This document shows, piece after piece, positions 1-9,778 of a stretch of 64,000 nt of DNA. Location of the stretch: positions 39,270 to 103,269 of the IMG/VR virus record IMGVR_UViG_3300021168_000001. One strand, given 5' to 3'. The notes beneath the pieces were generated by a model. It had not been told where the DNA came from, ran no database searches, and worked only from the letters and a program-made list of their open reading frames with translations. A program made the translations under genes and the position numbers. Numbering within the stretch: the first letter of the stretch is position 1; every line of letters starts with the position of its first letter. The stretch is from a virus.

Positions 1-750
1 ATTCGCATCGACAAAGCCGGTGCGGAACACGCAATTTGGAAGCGCCACTACGTTGGAGAAGACTACCGGAGTTGCTGACAGCGCGGCAGTGGTGGCAAGA
101 GAAAGTGTGACCGCCGTGCCTGTAACCGCGGCGATCGATGTGCCTGGAGCGATTCCGGCGCCGGAGACCGACTGACCGGCCTTGAGGCCAGTTCCGGAAG
201 CCACAGTGAGCGCGGTCGATCCGGAGCTGGCGGTTCCGGTGGTGGATATGGTGTCCGAAGAAGGCGGAGCCGCTTCGATGTCTCCGACCGTGCCGCCTGG
301 AACGGCCGAGTTCAGCGCGAGGCGAGTATAAACCTGCCCTTGCGATAGCGGCACGCCGGCTGCCAATGGCACCGTCATGCTGCCACGCTCGAGGATTTCA
401 CCCATCTCACCGGGCACATAGTAGCCGACCTGCTGGATGCCAGGAGTTACGCCAGCTGGGTAGGTCACCTGTGTCTTCACTTCGCGGACCGCGAAGCCGC
501 CGAACTGAGCGGCCACCAAGCCAGCATTTGCGAAGGATGTTGCGATGAAATCCGCAATGGAGTCCATCGTGTCGCCGCCACCAGAACTGTTTGGGATGAT
601 CACGCAAGGTGCAGCAAAAGCCACGTTGCTCAATCCGGTGGGCAGCACTTGCCGGGCGGTAATAACGCGCTCGTCCAGCCTCGAAACGGAACCGTCAAAG
701 CCGATATTCGGCCCGGTAACCGGAATTACCTGTCCAAAGGAAGTCCCCAT
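1..750 (-). CDS. Head decoration/cement-like structural protein (runs off window edge)
   Basis: ATG at 750, right after the DUF2213 stop. Reads MGTSFGQVIPVTGPNIGFDGSVSRL...GEILERGSMTV and stays open toward base 1. This position between the DUF2213 protease and the capsid gene is typical. Not in the ORF track because it is truncated. Confidence 0.6.
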   Translation of the reverse strand, partial: MGTSFGQVIPVTGPNIGFDGSVSRLDERVITARQVLPTGLSNVAFAAPCVIIPNSSGGGDTMDSIADFIATSFANAGLVAAQFGGFAVREVKTQVTYPAGVTPGIQQVGYYVPGEMGEILERGSMTVPLAAGVPLSQGQVYTRLALNSAVPGGTVGDIEAAPPSSDTISTTGTASSGSTALTVASGTGLKAGQSVSGAGIAPGTSIAAVTGTAVTLSLATTAALSATPVVFSNVVALPNCVFRTGFVDAN

Positions 751-754
751 GGCT

Positions 755-2464
755 TTACTTCACCTCCGCTGTGATCTTTTTACCGTGGCGATTGTTGTAA
801 AACTCCTGGAGCTTCGTGATGTCGTCGCCGCCAGTCGCTCCACCACCGGCATCGGCTGCCCTCGCACGGCTCGCACCCGCGAAGCGCGCATATCCATTGC
901 CGCTTGTTGAGAATGAATTCCCACTCACGCGGCGCATCTGCGCGTTGAACGCCTTGATGAGCGCCGAATCACCGCTACGCGCGATCAGCGGCTTGATGGC
1001 GCGCAATGCTTCTCGGGCCGCGGCGTCGGCTGCCCTCGCGAACTCTGCCGTATCCCGCGCGCGCTTCTTGCGTGGATCACCACCCTTGGTTCGCTTATAG
1101 CCTTCAGAGCCGCGAATCGGATGGAAGTTTCCACCTTCCGAATAGCCCTCGACGTCATCGGCGCGCTTGCGATCGCCAGCGTGGACGACTTCAGGCTCAT
1201 CCTCTTCGTCGTACTCATCCTCATCGTCAGGATCGGCGTCGTCGCCCTCTGCGCCCTCTTCGGGAATCAGGTCAGGATTGTCGGCATCGCCGCTTTCTCC
1301 GCCTCCCTCACCTTCGTGCATCGGCTCGTGCTGTTCTTCCTGAAGGTAGTTGTCCATCAATTTGCGGAGCTCGGCGATATCGGCATCTTCGGACCGGCGA
1401 GACTTGGCGTCCATCATCTTGTCAAGTGCCGAATGCAGCCTTTCACGCTCTTCGTCAGGTTCACCATCGCCAGCCTTACGATCATCTGCGCGGCGGTCAT
1501 CGGAACGGCGACTATCGTCCGCTTTCCTGTCGTCGCTGCGGTGGCTATCGTCAGCGCGACGGTCATCGCTCTTTCGATCAGCGGCCTGCACAATTTTCGG
1601 CTCGGGTGGAATGTCCATCTGCGCTCCCTCATCGTTGGCTCGCGCGGTTCCGGTTCTGGTGACTTTGCTCAGCTCCAGAGCGGCATCGGCCAACGATTCA
1701 GGATCCACACTCTCATCTTTGGCCGCATGCTGCAGCCCGTGGCCAAAGATACTCTTAAGCGTGAGTTTCATCAGCTTTTTCTCCTGTGGTGGATCGTTCT
1801 TTGTTGACGTTGAGGTTGAGTTACTGGCTGGGGTTTGTGGCTCAGGCTCAACCGCAGCCTGTTCCTCAACCGTGGCCACTTCTGGAGCGGCATCCATAAT
1901 GCGTGCTTCGGGGCCCGCCCTACCCTTTGTAACCACGGCCACATGATTGCCGACCATGGAGACTTGGAGAACGACATCGCCATCGCGATCAATGCTGTAG
2001 TCGTAGCCGCACGATACTTCGCGTTTGCGATTCTTGAGAATCTCGGATATCAGGGGCTCCGCGGTAACAACCAGATCTCCGATGAGCGGCCACTCGCCAT
2101 CATCCAAAACGTCTTTACCTTTGCGAACGTTTTGCACATGGCCACGCGCCAGATCATTGAAGTTTTCTGGCGTCACGAATTCCATGTTTGGCGGGTGATT
2201 GTCGGTGACAGTGGCGGCTTCGAAGCTATGGATTGTGTCCGGATGAAATACCTCCTCCGGCGACCGATATAGACGCACCATCGCATTAGGATTTGAAGTG
2301 TCTATGCCGAGATCGTTGGCTCGCTCCTCGGGAAGCTCCGATACTTTGTAATCCTGAAATCCAGTTCTAGCTATTGTTACATCGTGGCAGACAATAGATC
2401 CGTTAGGCATCTGCGTGATGTTGTCGCTGAGCCGGCTTCCGAAGTACCCGATTCCTGTTTTCAT
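755..2464 (-). CDS. DUF2213-family head maturation protease/scaffold
   Basis: IARTGFQDY, RSPEEVF, VTDNHP, REVSCGY and NHVAVVTKGRAG motifs, then a low-complexity acidic scaffold-like tail. Confidence 0.85.
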   Translation of the reverse strand: MKTGIGYFGSRLSDNITQMPNGSIVCHDVTIARTGFQDYKVSELPEERANDLGIDTSNPNAMVRLYRSPEEVFHPDTIHSFEAATVTDNHPPNMEFVTPENFNDLARGHVQNVRKGKDVLDDGEWPLIGDLVVTAEPLISEILKNRKREVSCGYDYSIDRDGDVVLQVSMVGNHVAVVTKGRAGPEARIMDAAPEVATVEEQAAVEPEPQTPASNSTSTSTKNDPPQEKKLMKLTLKSIFGHGLQHAAKDESVDPESLADAALELSKVTRTGTARANDEGAQMDIPPEPKIVQAADRKSDDRRADDSHRSDDRKADDSRRSDDRRADDRKAGDGEPDEERERLHSALDKMMDAKSRRSEDADIAELRKLMDNYLQEEQHEPMHEGEGGGESGDADNPDLIPEEGAEGDDADPDDEDEYDEEDEPEVVHAGDRKRADDVEGYSEGGNFHPIRGSEGYKRTKGGDPRKKRARDTAEFARAADAAAREALRAIKPLIARSGDSALIKAFNAQMRRVSGNSFSTSGNGYARFAGASRARAADAGGGATGGDDITKLQEFYNNRHGKKITAEVK

Positions 2465-3280
2465 TTACCGAGTATCTCTTTCCCGTGGATCACGTTTCAC
2501 GCCCATCTTGACTGCGCACGTTTCGCAGACTCGGCCCTGAGGGGTCGATATCATCCGCGAGGTTTCCTTTCCGCATCGTGCGCATTCGCTTTTCGCGTCG
2601 CCAGCCTTGCGCCCACGCACCGCATCGATACAGCGATCGAGCGTGGCATGCAGGCGAGCGCGGATCGCGGCACGTCCGGTCTTTGATTGCGCTGGGTCGT
2701 ACATCTCGGCTGGCGCGTCCTTGCTACGCACGTCATCGTATGGCTGTAGCGGACGCGAGCGATGCTCAGAATGCTCGAAACCGCCTTCGCCTTCGAAGTC
2801 GTCCTTCATTCGCCGTTTGCGGTCCATCACCCGATCGAGCGCAGAGTGCATCCGTGCGCGGTGGTCCATGCAGTCGTTCGCCCTCACCATCTCATAGCTC
2901 CCTTCACCGCTCGGACTGCCGCGCGTGATCACATCGTCTTCTTCGAATTCGGGGAGATTCTCTTCTACTTCAAATCGATCCGCACCATCGCCATCGATCG
3001 AGAATCCGCAGGTTGTCGAATGCCCCACTCCAGCACACCACTGCACCAAAGCGAGGAACCTTTCGAAGCGCTCGAGCACCTCGGCTGGCGCCGTGATTGT
3101 ATAGGTCCGCGTTTCACCGGGATCCGCATCGGCGGTCATGCCTCTCGCATTCGCGGTCGCATAAAATACGGATTTCGCCTTTTTGGGGTCGGAGTAGGTT
3201 TTGCGCATTGCTCGCATCACCTTGTTGCCCTCGCCTTTGAAGTACGCTCCTATTGGCATCGCAATTAGTTCCCTGTGCAA
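2465..3280 (-). CDS. Hypothetical head-associated protein
   Basis: Abuts DUF2213; carries two copies of the RxRxHxxLD motif also seen in the scaffold. Confidence 0.6.
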   Translation of the reverse strand: MHRELIAMPIGAYFKGEGNKVMRAMRKTYSDPKKAKSVFYATANARGMTADADPGETRTYTITAPAEVLERFERFLALVQWCAGVGHSTTCGFSIDGDGADRFEVEENLPEFEEDDVITRGSPSGEGSYEMVRANDCMDHRARMHSALDRVMDRKRRMKDDFEGEGGFEHSEHRSRPLQPYDDVRSKDAPAEMYDPAQSKTGRAAIRARLHATLDRCIDAVRGRKAGDAKSECARCGKETSRMISTPQGRVCETCAVKMGVKRDPRERDTR

Positions 3281-3567
3281 ATATTCAGGATTGCCTTCTT
3301 GCCGATTGAAATGGCCGCAATGTAAGTAGCGGCCCCAAGCACCAGGTATTGCGTGTCGCCGGCATTCACCATGAGGCTCGTGTTATTTACCGCAACCACA
3401 GTGACATCGCCCAACTGGACGGCGGCCGGGTCCGGACCAATATTCACCACGCGCACGACGGTATCGCCGCCGAGCGTTCCAGGCAATGCGACTCTGGATG
3501 ATGTGGAACCGGCGCCCATCCCGATACAGGCGTCTGGGGCGAATGCAGATTGCGGCGTGGCTGGCAT
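3265..3567 (-). CDS. Small beta-rich hypothetical structural protein
   Basis: 100 aa ORF tightly packed in the operon; beta-strand-like composition. Confidence 0.55.
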   Translation of the reverse strand: MPATPQSAFAPDACIGMGAGSTSSRVALPGTLGGDTVVRVVNIGPDPAAVQLGDVTVVAVNNTSLMVNAGDTQYLVLGAATYIAAISIGKKAILNICTGN

Positions 3568-4017
3568 CTACTCAAGTCCTTTCCGGAAGTTCACGATCCA
3601 CGGTGCACCTAGCAGCTCCATGTGCGCCTTCATTGATACTTCGTTGTGTCCATGCACAGCTGCCGAAATGTGCTTCAGGCCGCGTGCCCGACATTCCTGT
3701 TCAAGCCGCTCGATCAATTTCCCATATAGACCGCGGCGCCGGTGGCGGAGGTCGGTCCATGCAAGGCCGATGAATGCACCATCACACCACTCCTGCCAAA
3801 TGATCATCGATATCGGCTCACCATCCTCATTGCGCATGAGGATCAGCGAATTGTCTTTTACGGGAAGATAGGAACCTCCGACATTTCCCATTTCGATCTT
3901 CAGGTCATGCGCTATGCCGTGGGCGATGCTGACACAGAATTCGAGGATGTTGGTATCCTCGATCGTTCCCATTACTTCGATCGTTTCGGTCACCGCGCGC
4001 ATAGGATTCCGAAGCAA
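3568..4017 (-). CDS. GNAT-family acetyltransferase
   Basis: Acetyl-CoA motif A HRRRGLYGKLI and the N of motif B (HGHNEVS). Confidence 0.7.
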   Translation of the reverse strand: MLRNPMRAVTETIEVMGTIEDTNILEFCVSIAHGIAHDLKIEMGNVGGSYLPVKDNSLILMRNEDGEPISMIIWQEWCDGAFIGLAWTDLRHRRRGLYGKLIERLEQECRARGLKHISAAVHGHNEVSMKAHMELLGAPWIVNFRKGLE

Positions 4018-4361
4018 TCGACGCGCACCAGGCCGCGTCCGGTTCCATCCTGCGGGTGCGGATCCCAGGCCATCTGTCCGTTCAATCCGACTACCGCATG
4101 CAAGTGCCCGCGTGGGCTCTTGCCCTCGATCGTGTGATACACGGGCCCATTCTTGAATGCCTGTTTCAACCCAGGCGAATCGATGTCAACCTGAATGTAA
4201 TAGAGGTTGAATTGCTTTAAAAAATCCTGAGTTTGACTTAGAAACAAATCGTCGGTAGCGAATTCAGGGACATCGGCTTCTTTTATTTCGAGGATCGATG
4301 CCAGACATGCCTGAAAACAGCGGCCATTTTTCCCGGTGCGGCTTTGCGTCTGTGGGATCAC
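3990..4361 (-). CDS. Hypothetical protein, possible papain-like (C39-like) fold
   Basis: N-terminal Q...GRCFQACLAS and C-terminal HAVV...WDP pattern. Confidence 0.45.
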   Translation of the reverse strand: MIPQTQSRTGKNGRCFQACLASILEIKEADVPEFATDDLFLSQTQDFLKQFNLYYIQVDIDSPGLKQAFKNGPVYHTIEGKSPRGHLHAVVGLNGQMAWDPHPQDGTGRGLVRVDCFGILCAR

Positions 4362-7300
4362 GCTTTCACCGCTCCGGCTGGTCTGTTGAGGTTTGCCGTC
4401 GCGAGCCAGTACTTGAAGTCATCGATTTGCATCGGCGAGATGTCCATCATCACTTCATCGGCACGGTGATGAGCTTTAGGATAGGCTCGTTTCACCTCGC
4501 CAAGCGTATCGAATCCCAGGAACACCTTGTGCTCATCGAATCCCTTAGAAGTATGCAGATGGCGCTGGTCAACGATATAAACCCAATCGCTCTCAGGGTC
4601 CGGCCCGATGTAACAATCGAGCGAATCACCATCGGCTCCGGTGAACCCTTCGATATATCCATAGTGTGCCGGCATCCGGACCGACCATCCTTTGCCCGAT
4701 CGAATATGGCCCTTGGGTGTCTCGACCACACACGTAAGACCATGAATGTTGAACTCCATCACGCCCGGGTCATCGGCGTCGGCGGCGCGCCCTGGCTCGT
4801 CCATTTCAAGCGGATCGAAGCCAAGCATGTCGATCACCGACCGCGGCGTGCGCTCGAGCTCTGCATCATCATCGACGTCGTCGAAGTCGCCTTCGTATTG
4901 GCGCCAGTCGTCATCGGTCCGCTGCGCCGATCCATAGTGCACTTCGGGCAATTCCACACCAAATGCCTTATCGAAGGCCTCTTTGAAGAAATTGAGTTTG
5001 GTATCTCCGGCCCTCGCCGGCTCGGCGCTGCCCTCGCTCGCAGATTTCCATCCCGAGAAGATCTGCGGAGGAATATAGGACTGCAACGCGACGATTGGTG
5101 TGTTGCCGAGTTTCTCGGAAACAGCCTTCGCAACCTCCATTACCGCTTTCTTGTACTCCTTCGGATTGGTCGGGGCTTTCACTTTCTCGACAAGGCCGTT
5201 CGCGGTCTCGGCCGCCAGCGCGGTGCGAAAGTCCTTTGTCTTGAAGCCGCCGTGATCGAGGTTGTCCTTCGTGAAGTCGCGCAGGCTCGCATCGCTCACG
5301 GACGGAAAGAGATTGCCTTTCTCACCGGCCTTGGCACGCAGCTCTTTCAGCATCGATCCAAGCTGTGCGTCCTCGACCGGCAACGATATAGTCACGCCCT
5401 TCTTCCCAACGAAGCGCAGTCGCACGCTGTTGCCAAGCTGCCATACATGATGCCCCTGCAAGGTCGACGCACCATAGGCCTTTACCGCGCCTCCCGTGTC
5501 CGAATCGCTGCCGGGCCGGATCCCAGTCTTGCGCACCAGGTACATGCAGTCGGCATGATCCCGTACCTTGGCGTCCTTACTCTTGCGGAAGCCGTCCAGC
5601 TGCTTGTCGATCAGGCTCATGTTCTTTTGCAGTGCCTGGACGCGCTGGAACTTCAGGTCCGCCTGGCTGTTCTTGAACGTAGGCGAGTAGACATATTGCT
5701 TGCGACCTTTCGAATCGAGACCGGTTGCCAACAGGTCGGCCTTTGGCATCGGCGAGATTCGAACATCCTTCCACGCTGGCGGGATCTTCAGCGACTTGGC
5801 ATGCTCCGGCCAGTCCTCGCGACTGGAGTAGGACTGAAGGTGCGCGGTCTTTGTCGATTCCTCGCCCCCCGAACCGCCAGTGCTTTCTTTATCGGGATCG
5901 CTGGACCCTTCGCCACCACCGGGCTCCTCACGCGGTCCCATGCCCTTCCGCCGACGCTCCCAGGCCTTCTTTGAAGCTTTTGAATCATCGGTCGCCCTAG
6001 CCACCGCAGATAGCGCTCGCTTCTCGGCGCGCTGCGGCCCGAACAGCTTCTGCATCGTCGCAAGGCGCTTGTCGTCCTGCTCCCCTTCAGGATCGCCGCC
6101 CGGCTCTTTGCCGCTCTCGCCCTTGCTCCCTTGTCCCTCTTCTTCTCCACCCTCGCCTGTAAGCGATTCAAGACCACCCTCGCCGCCGCCCTGCTCGCCC
6201 ATGCTCATGACGTCATCGGACAGAGCCGCGATCCGCTCATCGGTAAGATTCGTTCCGAAGCCAGTTGCGTCGGAGGCCTGCTTCACCTCTTCGGCGCCAG
6301 CCCGCGGCGACATGATGCCGAGGTTGATGGCGACCGCCACCGTATCAAGAGTGGCCTTGGCAAGCTCCGACTTTTCCTTTTCATCCAATACGCGGACGGA
6401 TGGGAAGTTGAGGTCCAGATCGTCGGGGATCTCACCGAGCTCCGACATGCAAAGCACCGGGTACAGTTTCTCGAGCTGTGGCCGCAGTTCAACGTCCTGG
6501 TCGGTGGCGATCTTCTCCTCGTAGATTCGCTCATCGGCATCGTTCGATTGCCCAAGTCCGCTGATCGTGCGCCCCCAAAGACGCGTGACCGGGATTTGTG
6601 TCGCACCTGAGATGTCCAACTGAAACTGCTGATAAACATCGCTGAGGCCGGTGAAGGTATAGTTCACGGCCTCGATCCCGCCATCGGCCGGAAGCGGCAC
6701 CAGGCTCTGGTTTGACAGCAAGTGGTTCAGGGTTGTCATGCGCTGCTGAAACTGTATCGCGGCTTGCTGGTTCATGCCGACGCCAGAAAGAACCTTTGCC
6801 AGTTCCGGAAACTTCATACCAAGAATGCAGGCGCGGAACGTGAGCGATAGTATGTTCCAACTCATGTTGTCGCGCTTGCGAATCTCTTCATAGGCCGGCT
6901 CGATCACCGATATGCCCCAGTAAGTCTGCGCCTCATACTCCGGCGTCGGCACCTCTGGCCCGCTGAAGCGCAGTATTCGCGACGAGTGCACTAGAAAACT
7001 CTCGGCATCCGGCGCAGTGACCCGGTACATCTCCGGCTTGTTGAAGTCGGTCGGCCGATTGATGTCCGTGCAGATATCGCCGTGCGGCTGAATGCCTGTC
7101 CAGCGATCGAACGGGATCAGGCCTTTGTAATCGCCGACGCCGATCGTGTCAGGATCCAGCGGCTCCTCGAGATTATCCTCTTGACCATCGATCACCATGA
7201 GTGCGCCGCCGCCCCCGAAAAGCCTCGCCCACTTCAGCGCACGGAGAAGCGTCGATTTGGTCTGCGTGCGGCGAATCTTGCGATCGATCTTTGTCAGATC

Positions 7301-7624
7301 TTCGGGAGGGATATCGCTCGTCAGCTTCGGCCAGGCCCTCACCATATCCTGCGCTGGCGTATCAACGATGCGCCGAGAAATCCAGTGGTTCCGATAGAGA
7401 GTTATCAGGAGCCAGTAGTTGAAGCTCAGCCTATCGAGTTCATACGTCGCTGCCTCGGCAAGATTTGGTGTGCCGTATCCCATGCGAGCCGGCACATTTG
7501 AAAAATAGTCGAATGCCTGCGCATCGAATCCTTGTCCGAAACCCATCCTCTGGAGCTGCGCCTGCCGCTCCATATCCGGATTGGTCCCAGCCCTGATCCT
7601 ACGGCGCTGCTGCAATTCAGGCAT
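4358..7624 (-). CDS. DUF1073 portal protein fused to DNA topoisomerase IB and an inorganic-pyrophosphatase-like domain
   Basis: About aa 1-470 portal (LYRNHWISRRIVD, ARLFGGG, VHSSRILRF, IPVTRLWG). About aa 600-865 TopIB (IPPAWKDV, GRKQYVY, GIRPG, KAYGASTL, KDFRT, LGNT...SYI). C-terminal ETPKG..RSG, HYGYIEG, GADGDSLD, FDEHKV. Confidence 0.85.
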   Translation of the reverse strand: MPELQQRRRIRAGTNPDMERQAQLQRMGFGQGFDAQAFDYFSNVPARMGYGTPNLAEAATYELDRLSFNYWLLITLYRNHWISRRIVDTPAQDMVRAWPKLTSDIPPEDLTKIDRKIRRTQTKSTLLRALKWARLFGGGGALMVIDGQEDNLEEPLDPDTIGVGDYKGLIPFDRWTGIQPHGDICTDINRPTDFNKPEMYRVTAPDAESFLVHSSRILRFSGPEVPTPEYEAQTYWGISVIEPAYEEIRKRDNMSWNILSLTFRACILGMKFPELAKVLSGVGMNQQAAIQFQQRMTTLNHLLSNQSLVPLPADGGIEAVNYTFTGLSDVYQQFQLDISGATQIPVTRLWGRTISGLGQSNDADERIYEEKIATDQDVELRPQLEKLYPVLCMSELGEIPDDLDLNFPSVRVLDEKEKSELAKATLDTVAVAINLGIMSPRAGAEEVKQASDATGFGTNLTDERIAALSDDVMSMGEQGGGEGGLESLTGEGGEEEGQGSKGESGKEPGGDPEGEQDDKRLATMQKLFGPQRAEKRALSAVARATDDSKASKKAWERRRKGMGPREEPGGGEGSSDPDKESTGGSGGEESTKTAHLQSYSSREDWPEHAKSLKIPPAWKDVRISPMPKADLLATGLDSKGRKQYVYSPTFKNSQADLKFQRVQALQKNMSLIDKQLDGFRKSKDAKVRDHADCMYLVRKTGIRPGSDSDTGGAVKAYGASTLQGHHVWQLGNSVRLRFVGKKGVTISLPVEDAQLGSMLKELRAKAGEKGNLFPSVSDASLRDFTKDNLDHGGFKTKDFRTALAAETANGLVEKVKAPTNPKEYKKAVMEVAKAVSEKLGNTPIVALQSYIPPQIFSGWKSASEGSAEPARAGDTKLNFFKEAFDKAFGVELPEVHYGSAQRTDDDWRQYEGDFDDVDDDAELERTPRSVIDMLGFDPLEMDEPGRAADADDPGVMEFNIHGLTCVVETPKGHIRSGKGWSVRMPAHYGYIEGFTGADGDSLDCYIGPDPESDWVYIVDQRHLHTSKGFDEHKVFLGFDTLGEVKRAYPKAHHRADEVMMDISPMQIDDFKYWLATANLNRPAGAVKA

Positions 7625-7640
7625 TTATGCTCGACTCCGT

Positions 7641-7916
7641 TCATTCAGGCTTGTCCAGCCAGATCACTTTGCTTTCGTCGTAAGGCAGCGCTTGAATTCG
7701 TTTTCCATTTCGAATGAAAGCCCAGAGTACACGGCTGTCTGGATTCACAATGGCCAAAAGAACTGCGAGATCGATCTCGAATCCGTTGACTTTCATCACA
7801 CATCGATCCTGATCGACGAGGACCTTCGTGAGTTTTCGCACGGCGATCACCGCCTTTGTATTTACCCCAAAAAGAAGGGCGCGCATTGGGTACGCGCCCT
7901 GGCCTAAGTGATGCAA
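7641..7916 (-). CDS. Hypothetical protein
   Basis: ORF fills the gap in the minus-strand operon; true start may be internal. Confidence 0.4.
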   Translation of the reverse strand: MHHLGQGAYPMRALLFGVNTKAVIAVRKLTKVLVDQDRCVMKVNGFEIDLAVLLAIVNPDSRVLWAFIRNGKRIQALPYDESKVIWLDKPE

Positions 7917-7931
7917 CTCCTCTTTGGGAGC

Positions 7932-8732
7932 TTACTGTTGAACAAAAGTTAGAACGCCGTTGATGCCGCCTGTTCCGGTCGACAGCACGCAGAGTGCATT
8001 TCCAGCTGGAGTCGCGAACCTGCTTCCCTCGCCGCTCAGTCCCAGCACTGCGCCCGTCGCCGGTGCGAATGCGCCTGTCAATACCGTTGTCCCTGTCCCG
8101 CAGGTGGTGCCAGTTCCATATTCGAATTGGGCGGTCGTTGTAGCACCAACGCTGGCAGTAAATCCGCAGGCATAGACTACTTTGCCGGCGCTCAGTGCCA
8201 CTAGCTGTGTGGTCGTAGCCGTGCTGATCGCGACTGACACACTGGACTTTGTTACCGATGGATTCTCGCATGGATCACCAATATTGGCCAGAATCATTGA
8301 CGCCGATGGACTGAACGTTATGTTCAACAATCCGGCAGTCGGGTAGGTGCTCGAGCAAGCATAGGTGGCCACATACTGATCGCCCGTGCTGACCCCGGGA
8401 AACACCTGAAAGCTCTGTACACCGGTCGACGGCGTAAAGCTCACGGTCGCTACAGTTGATCCTGCCGTATTCACATTGTTTGACTGATAAGCTAGCGTGA
8501 CGGTGCAGCCGCTCGGCGATCCGGTGATTCCAGATTCAACAATCGTCAGCGTGCCCACGCCAGAAAAGTTCGGCAACCGCGATGCAGGGCTGGTCTGCGT
8601 GGCCGTGGCGGATACTGCCGTAAACAGGCTCACCCCGGACTGAGATGTATAGGTGGTCTGGGCGATTGACGGAATGACAGCTGCCGCAAGCAGAGCCAGG
8701 ATCGAAGTAATAACCGAAAACTTGAGTTTCAT
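7932..8732 (-). CDS. Signal-peptide-bearing Thr/Ser/Gly-rich beta protein
   Basis: MKLKFSVITSILALLAAAVIPSIA|Q Sec signal; several Cys. Confidence 0.7.
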   Translation of the reverse strand: MKLKFSVITSILALLAAAVIPSIAQTTYTSQSGVSLFTAVSATATQTSPASRLPNFSGVGTLTIVESGITGSPSGCTVTLAYQSNNVNTAGSTVATVSFTPSTGVQSFQVFPGVSTGDQYVATYACSSTYPTAGLLNITFSPSASMILANIGDPCENPSVTKSSVSVAISTATTTQLVALSAGKVVYACGFTASVGATTTAQFEYGTGTTCGTGTTVLTGAFAPATGAVLGLSGEGSRFATPAGNALCVLSTGTGGINGVLTFVQQ

Positions 8733-8762
8733 GTGCTTTTCCCTTCTGCCTTGCGGCGTTGG

Positions 8763-9410
8763 TTAGGTTGTGGTTCGTACTGCATCGATTACTCGATCGA
8801 GCGCGATGTGCATCCGTTGCCGATAAACGGAATCGCTATCCGTAGCCTTGGCCGCGGCACGCTTCGCACGCATCGTCTCCCAGGCTTTCTTGGCCGCCGC
8901 GCTGCGTCCACCACCGCTTCCAGCTGCTGGCTTCTCCGCAGTCTTCGGCCGTTCGCTGCTTGAAGACGATGGCTGCTTTCGAGCTTCGCGCTTCTGTTGT
9001 TGCTCCTGCTCCCGTTTTCCGGCCCGCTGCCGAGACCGTTCGTGCGCTTGGCGCATAAAGTCTTCCCACGCGGATCGCGCAGCCGGTCGCGGCGAATGCT
9101 GGGATCCTTGCTGCTGATGCTGGCCGCGTTGCCGTGCAGCATTCGGGCCTAGCGTTTCGTAATTGTGAGACCCGGCCTGGTAGGAAGGCTCGTACTGATG
9201 GACCTTCTCGAGAAAGGCATTGGCCTCGGCAGTGTTACCAACCTTGCGGCTCGACGTCTCCATCGCCTTGAGTTTATTCAAGATCTCGGGAGATACATCT
9301 TTGCCGATCGCGTCCATCGCGCGAAAGATCTTCTGGATGTCGTTGGCACGGCGCACATTAGGTCTGCGTTCGTACAAATGTTCCATCCTTGTCTTCGCTC
9401 GGTCGCTCAT
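8763..9410 (-). CDS. Hypothetical head-associated protein
   Basis: Coupled to the upstream ORF; carries AAAKKAWETMR, RQRMHIALDRVID and RAxD motifs. Confidence 0.65.
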   Translation of the reverse strand: MSDRAKTRMEHLYERRPNVRRANDIQKIFRAMDAIGKDVSPEILNKLKAMETSSRKVGNTAEANAFLEKVHQYEPSYQAGSHNYETLGPNAARQRGQHQQQGSQHSPRPAARSAWEDFMRQAHERSRQRAGKREQEQQQKREARKQPSSSSSERPKTAEKPAAGSGGGRSAAAKKAWETMRAKRAAAKATDSDSVYRQRMHIALDRVIDAVRTTT

Positions 9411-9778
9411 TGCGGCCTTGTCACGGCTGGCGCGTCAGCTGGATATTGTGCGTTCTCAAGCCTCTGCACTTTCGGAATTACATAGGAGTCCTGAGTCTGC
9501 GATACCTGCTGCAATTGAGACCGCATCGAGAGCACCTGTTCAACAAGATCACGCTGCCTCTGCGAGTCGTTCATTACCGATGCACGCACGGCCAACTCGA
9601 GGCGCCCCAGACGCTGGTCGATCTCTTCATCATGCCTCTCGTGCTCGAGAATCTGCCTGAGCGCCTGTGTCTGCCGGTCATCGGCATATTTATTTATCTT
9701 CGCCAGACCGCCAAAGATCGATCCGACAATCGTTAGAGCCGTGGCCACCGTCGCGAGAGTGATGTGTTTCGGCGTCAT
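9407..9778 (-). CDS. Single-TM coiled-coil protein (possible lysis accessory)
   Basis: ATG at 9778 overlaps the MuF stop (ATGA); N-terminal hydrophobic helix then heptads. Confidence 0.55.
   Translation of the reverse strand: MTPKHITLATVATALTIVGSIFGGLAKINKYADDRQTQALRQILEHERHDEEIDQRLGRLELAVRASVMNDSQRQRDLVEQVLSMRSQLQQVSQTQDSYVIPKVQRLENAQYPADAPAVTRPQ

Noticed and set aside
4298-5974. 558-aa plus-strand ORF
   Set aside because: Antisense shadow of the GC-rich portal/TopIB gene, with no recognisable motifs.
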